Assembly (NCBI RefSeq): GCF_021168555.1
Contig: NZ_JAJOZS010000003.1
Span: forward strand, 276,061 to 340,060
Length of the DNA stretch: 64,000 nucleotides
DNA from: Stenotrophomonas sp. MMGLT7
Lineage (GTDB): Bacteria; Pseudomonadota; Gammaproteobacteria; Xanthomonadales; Xanthomonadaceae
Reading direction: 5' to 3'
Positions 60,988-64,000 of the stretch are shown piece by piece. The position numbers were made by a program, and so were the translations under genes. Position 1 is the first letter of the stretch. The number at the start of each line of letters is the position of its first letter. The notes under the pieces are model-generated. The model had not been told where the DNA came from, made no database searches, and saw only the letters and a list, made by a program, of their open reading frames with translations.

Positions 60988-61107
60988 GTCGTCCCCGCGC
61001 AGGCGGGGAACCGGCGACTTGCGCGGCGAGATCAATCGGCTCCGCAATCTCCCGGTAGTTCCGCCTTTCAAGGCACAGGCACTGGTTCCCCGCCTGCGCG
61101 GGGACGA
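60988..61107. repeat. pair of perfect 25-bp inverted repeats (GTCGTCCCCGCGCAGGCGGGGAACC / GGTTCCCCGCCTGCGCGGGGACGAC), 70 bp apart, resembling type I-E CRISPR repeat
   Basis: Second copy is the exact reverse complement of the first. Core CCCCGCGC-nnn-CGGGGA like the E. coli I-E repeat GAGTTCCCCGCGCCAGCGGGGATAAACCG. No cas genes; flanked by an AT-richer 60-bp segment upstream. Confidence 0.7.
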
Positions 61108-61238
61108 CGAGCAACGGATGGCGGCCCACGACCCGGCTTTCCCCGGACCGCGGAGCGAACCCGGCGCCCCGCATCGGCGCCCCGTCCGGACCGGCCGCGT
61201 CCTTCGTCGCGCCGGCCCGGCGCTGAACGCCGACCGCA

Positions 61239-61256
61239 CTGTCACCCAACTGTCAT
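61239..61256 (+). promoter_or_regulatory. Pho box (CTGTCAC-CCAA-CTGTCAT) 70 bp upstream of alpha/beta-hydrolase gene
   Basis: Two perfect 7-bp direct repeats matching PhoB half-site consensus with canonical 4-nt spacer; possible -10 (TGGTAGAT) ~10 bp downstream. Confidence 0.55.
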
Positions 61257-61325
61257 CCGGGCGTGGTAGATGGCGCGGGCACGGTGCCGTTAGCCTGCAC
61301 GACCCCCGACGCCGTGCCCGCCTCC

Positions 61326-62489
61326 ATGAAACGCCTGCTCGTGCTCGCCGGGCTGCCGGTCCTCTGCCTGGGCCTGTGGCTGACCGGCTGCTCGCTGTCC
61401 ACCTCGTTCTCGCTCAGCCGCCAGCTGGAGGCGCCGCAGGGCGCCTCGCCGCTGCTGGACGCCGGCCGTATCGCCCAGGCCATCGCGCGGGTGCCCCATC
61501 GCAGCGGCTTCACCACTTCGCGCGACGGCGTGGCGCTGTTCTGGCGGGTGATCGATCCGGGCGACTATCGCCTGAGCTATCGCTATTCCGGGCAGGGCCG
61601 CAGCCATGCATCCGGCCGGCCGCTGGACGTGGACTTCGACTTCGCGCCGCCGCCGGCCACCGCCGCGGCGCAGGTCCCGCGCGGCACGCTGGTGCTGCTG
61701 CACGGCTGGATGATGGACGGCGACTCGCTGCTGCCGTGGTCGCTGACCTTCGCCCGCGCCGGCTACCGCGTGCTCACCCTGGACCTGCGCAACCACGGCC
61801 ACTCCGGTCCCGGCCCGTCCGGCTACGGCACGCGCGAGTCCGACGACCTGGTCGACGTGCTCGCCGACCTGCGCAGGCGCGGCGAACTGGCCGGGCCGCT
61901 GCACCTGTTCGGCATCTCCTACGGCGCGGCCACCGCGCTGTTCGCCGCCGACAAGCTCGGCCCCGAGGTCGCGAGCGTGGTGGCGCTTGAGTCGTTCGAC
62001 AACGCCGGCCGCGGCATCCGCGACATGGTCCCGCACATGCTGGCCAGCGAACCTTCCAACTGGGAAGGCCGGGCGCTGCTGGGCTATGCACGCTGGCGCT
62101 ACGCCGACCGCGACCTGGGCGCGGTGATCGGCGAGGCCGACCGCGCGCTCGGACTGGACCTGGACCGCATCGACGTCGCCCCGGCCCTGCGGCGCGCCGC
62201 CGCCCATACCTGCACCCTGCTGCTGCACGGCGACCGCGACCAGCACATCCCGGTCGCGCACGGCCGCCGGCTGGCGACCGGGGCGCCGCAGGCACGCTAC
62301 GTGGAAGTGCGTGGCGAGGACCACATCAGCCTGCCGCTGCGGCTGGACCTGCTCGGCGACGTGGTCACCGACTGGATGGCGCGCTCGCCGTCGGCCGGGG
62401 GCGGCTGCGGCCAGCCGCACCTGCCGGACGCCGCCGGCAACGACCTGCTGGTGCAGGGAGTGGACGGCCGCCGCGACTCGCGCGGCTGA
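61326..62489 (+). CDS. alpha/beta-hydrolase-fold lipoprotein
   Basis: MKRLLVLAGLPVLCLGLWLTGC lipobox; nucleophile elbow GISYGA, HGW oxyanion region, C-terminal His (HGDRDQHIP). Confidence 0.75.
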   Translation: MKRLLVLAGLPVLCLGLWLTGCSLSTSFSLSRQLEAPQGASPLLDAGRIAQAIARVPHRSGFTTSRDGVALFWRVIDPGDYRLSYRYSGQGRSHASGRPLDVDFDFAPPPATAAAQVPRGTLVLLHGWMMDGDSLLPWSLTFARAGYRVLTLDLRNHGHSGPGPSGYGTRESDDLVDVLADLRRRGELAGPLHLFGISYGAATALFAADKLGPEVASVVALESFDNAGRGIRDMVPHMLASEPSNWEGRALLGYARWRYADRDLGAVIGEADRALGLDLDRIDVAPALRRAAAHTCTLLLHGDRDQHIPVAHGRRLATGAPQARYVEVRGEDHISLPLRLDLLGDVVTDWMARSPSAGGGCGQPHLPDAAGNDLLVQGVDGRRDSRG

Positions 62490-62508
62490 AGCCGCCGGCG
62501 GCGCTCCG

Positions 62509-62754
62509 CTATCGCGGCTTGTGCCGCCGCGCCATCCGGTGCGCGCGTATCACCCGCATCGCGGTCCAGGCGGCCGCCGCGAACACCAGTCCATTGGCCA
62601 CCACCACCGGCAGCGCGCCGATCGCCAGGCCGTAGCCGACCCACATCAGCGCACCGATCATCTGCAGCGAACGCAGCAGCACCGGGCGGTGGAAGAAGTA
62701 GGACGCCACGAACACCGCCGTGGCACCCCATCCCAGGTATTCGATCGCAGGCAA
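62509..62754 (-). CDS. small 2-3 TM membrane protein
   Basis: 81-aa hydrophobic ORF with basic C-terminus; family uncertain. Confidence 0.45.
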   Translation of the reverse strand: MPAIEYLGWGATAVFVASYFFHRPVLLRSLQMIGALMWVGYGLAIGALPVVVANGLVFAAAAWTAMRVIRAHRMARRHKPR

Positions 62755-62815
62755 GAAACGCCTCCGTGTGATGAATGCTGCGGGCAGCCTAGCAATTCAT
62801 GCGCAAGGCCGGCGT

Positions 62816-63706
62816 TCACGCCGGAGCGGACCGCCGCAGGCCGTCGCCGACGAACAACAGCAGGCCCGCCCAGATCACGGCGAAACCCGCCGCCCGCGCC
62901 GCGTCGAACGGCTCGTGGAAGAACCACACGCCCAGCAGCAGCTGCAGGCTCGGCGCGATGTACTGCAGGATGCCCACCAGCGACAGCGGGATGCGCTTGA
63001 CGCCGTAGGCGAAGCCGATCAGCGGCAAGGCCGTCACCACCCCGCCCAGCACCAGCAGCAGGTCGTCGCGCAGGCCCCAGCCATGCACGAAGCCGCCGCC
63101 GTGGCCGTTCTCGGCCCAGGCCACGAACGCCATCGCCGGCAGGAACAGGTACACGCTCTCCACGCCGAGCCCGGCCACCGGATCGACCGCGACGATCTTG
63201 CGCAGCAGCCCGTACAGCCCGAACGAGGCCGCCAGGCCCAGCGCGATCCACGGCGGCGTGCCGGCATCGAAGGTCAGCCAGGCCACGCCGGCGCCGGCCA
63301 GCGCCACCGCCAGCCACTGCAGCGCGCGCAGGCGCTCCTTGAGCACCAGCACCCCGAGCAGCACGTTGACCAATGGATTGATGAAGTAGCCCAGGCTGGT
63401 CTCGATCACGTGGCCGGCATTGACCGCCCAGATGTACAGGCCCCAGTTGAACGCGATGGCCAGGCTGGTGACCGCCAGCGTGGCCAGCGCGCGCGGCTGC
63501 CGGGCGATGTCGCGCCACCATCGCAGGCGCGAGGACAGCAGCAGCCAGCCCACCACCAGCAAGGCGCTCCAGACGATGCGGTGGGCGATGATCTGCGGCG
63601 CCGGCACCGCCTTGAGCAGGTGCCAGTACAGCGGCACCAGCCCCCACAGCACGAAGGTCAGCGCCGTGATCGCGAAGCCGCGGCGGCGGTCGCTGTCGGC
63701 GTTCAT
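62816..63706 (-). CDS. rarD: EamA/DMT-family transporter RarD
   Basis: 296 aa from MNADSDRRRGFAITALTFVLWGLVPLYW… (typical RarD N-terminus), 10 TM. Confidence 0.8.
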   Translation of the reverse strand: MNADSDRRRGFAITALTFVLWGLVPLYWHLLKAVPAPQIIAHRIVWSALLVVGWLLLSSRLRWWRDIARQPRALATLAVTSLAIAFNWGLYIWAVNAGHVIETSLGYFINPLVNVLLGVLVLKERLRALQWLAVALAGAGVAWLTFDAGTPPWIALGLAASFGLYGLLRKIVAVDPVAGLGVESVYLFLPAMAFVAWAENGHGGGFVHGWGLRDDLLLVLGGVVTALPLIGFAYGVKRIPLSLVGILQYIAPSLQLLLGVWFFHEPFDAARAAGFAVIWAGLLLFVGDGLRRSAPA

Positions 63707-64000
63707 CGTGCCCGCGCCAGCGTCAGCACCACCACGCCGGCCAGGATCACCGCCATCGCGGCGATGTCGTGCGCGCTGAAGCGTTCGTGGCCGATCCATG
63801 CGCCCAGCACCACCGCGATCACCGGGTTGACGTAGGCATAGCTGCCGGCCAGCGCCGGGCGCACGTTGTGCAGCAGCCAGACATAGGCGGTGAAGGCCAC
63901 GATCGAGCCGAACACGCACAGGTAGGCCAGCGCCCACATTCCCTGCGCGGTGGGCCAGCCCTGCACCCGCTCGCCGCTGGCCAGCCCGGCCACCACCAGC
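63703..64000 (-). CDS. EamA/DMT-family transporter, C-terminal part (5' end beyond window)
   Basis: …FGSIVAFTAYVWLLHNVRPALAGSYAYVNPVIAVVLGAWIGHERFSAHDIAAMAVILAGVVVL… EamA domain; stop overlaps rarD start. Confidence 0.6.
   Translation of the reverse strand, partial: LVVAGLASGERVQGWPTAQGMWALAYLCVFGSIVAFTAYVWLLHNVRPALAGSYAYVNPVIAVVLGAWIGHERFSAHDIAAMAVILAGVVVLTLARAR

Noticed and set aside
60988-61107. Possible CRISPR array
   Set aside because: Only two repeat copies, in inverted rather than direct orientation, 70-bp interval (not 32-33), no cas genes; kept as a repeat finding, not called CRISPR.

Overview
This 64 kb window is high-GC (about 68-70%), gene-dense chromosomal DNA with about 55 protein-coding genes and no rRNA or tRNA genes. 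It is probably from a Xanthomonadaceae-type gammaproteobacterium (Xanthomonas/Stenotrophomonas/Lysobacter-like); that is inference from GC content and a recurring REP-type palindrome (GTAGGAGCGACTTCAGTCGCGA).

Main gene blocks:
- Aromatic and tryptophan catabolism: hppD, with a divergent MarR regulator and kynA.
- A secreted ExeM/NucH-type nuclease.
- A 2-oxoacid dehydrogenase operon (E1alpha, E1beta, E2).
- A Tat-secreted PhoD phosphatase in an operon with a TonB-dependent receptor.
- A siderophore-type TonB-dependent receptor divergent from a GGDEF protein.
- An orphan serine recombinase next to an EAL gene.
- A split class II ribonucleotide reductase (nrdJa/nrdJb) with a histone-H1-like gene between the halves.
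- A DegP protease, a yqjDEK-like operon and an M17 aminopeptidase.
- A CHASE3-GAF-GGDEF protein.
- A DesK/LuxR-type two-component pair next to an ABC-2 transporter.
- A tripartite adaptor/ABC/FtsX efflux operon.

Non-coding structure worth a second look:
1. An ~810 bp near-perfect palindromic element with (GTTGCT)n / (AGCAAC)n hexanucleotide arrays at its two ends, sitting between the adaptor and ATPase genes of the efflux operon. This is my best candidate for something undescribed.
2. A 25-bp perfect inverted-repeat pair that resembles a type I-E CRISPR repeat, with no cas genes nearby.
3. Five REP copies, one of them in frame inside the E2 linker.
4. Pho-box candidates upstream of the nuclease and of an alpha/beta-hydrolase lipoprotein.

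All calls come from reading the supplied translations and the sequence; no database search was possible.
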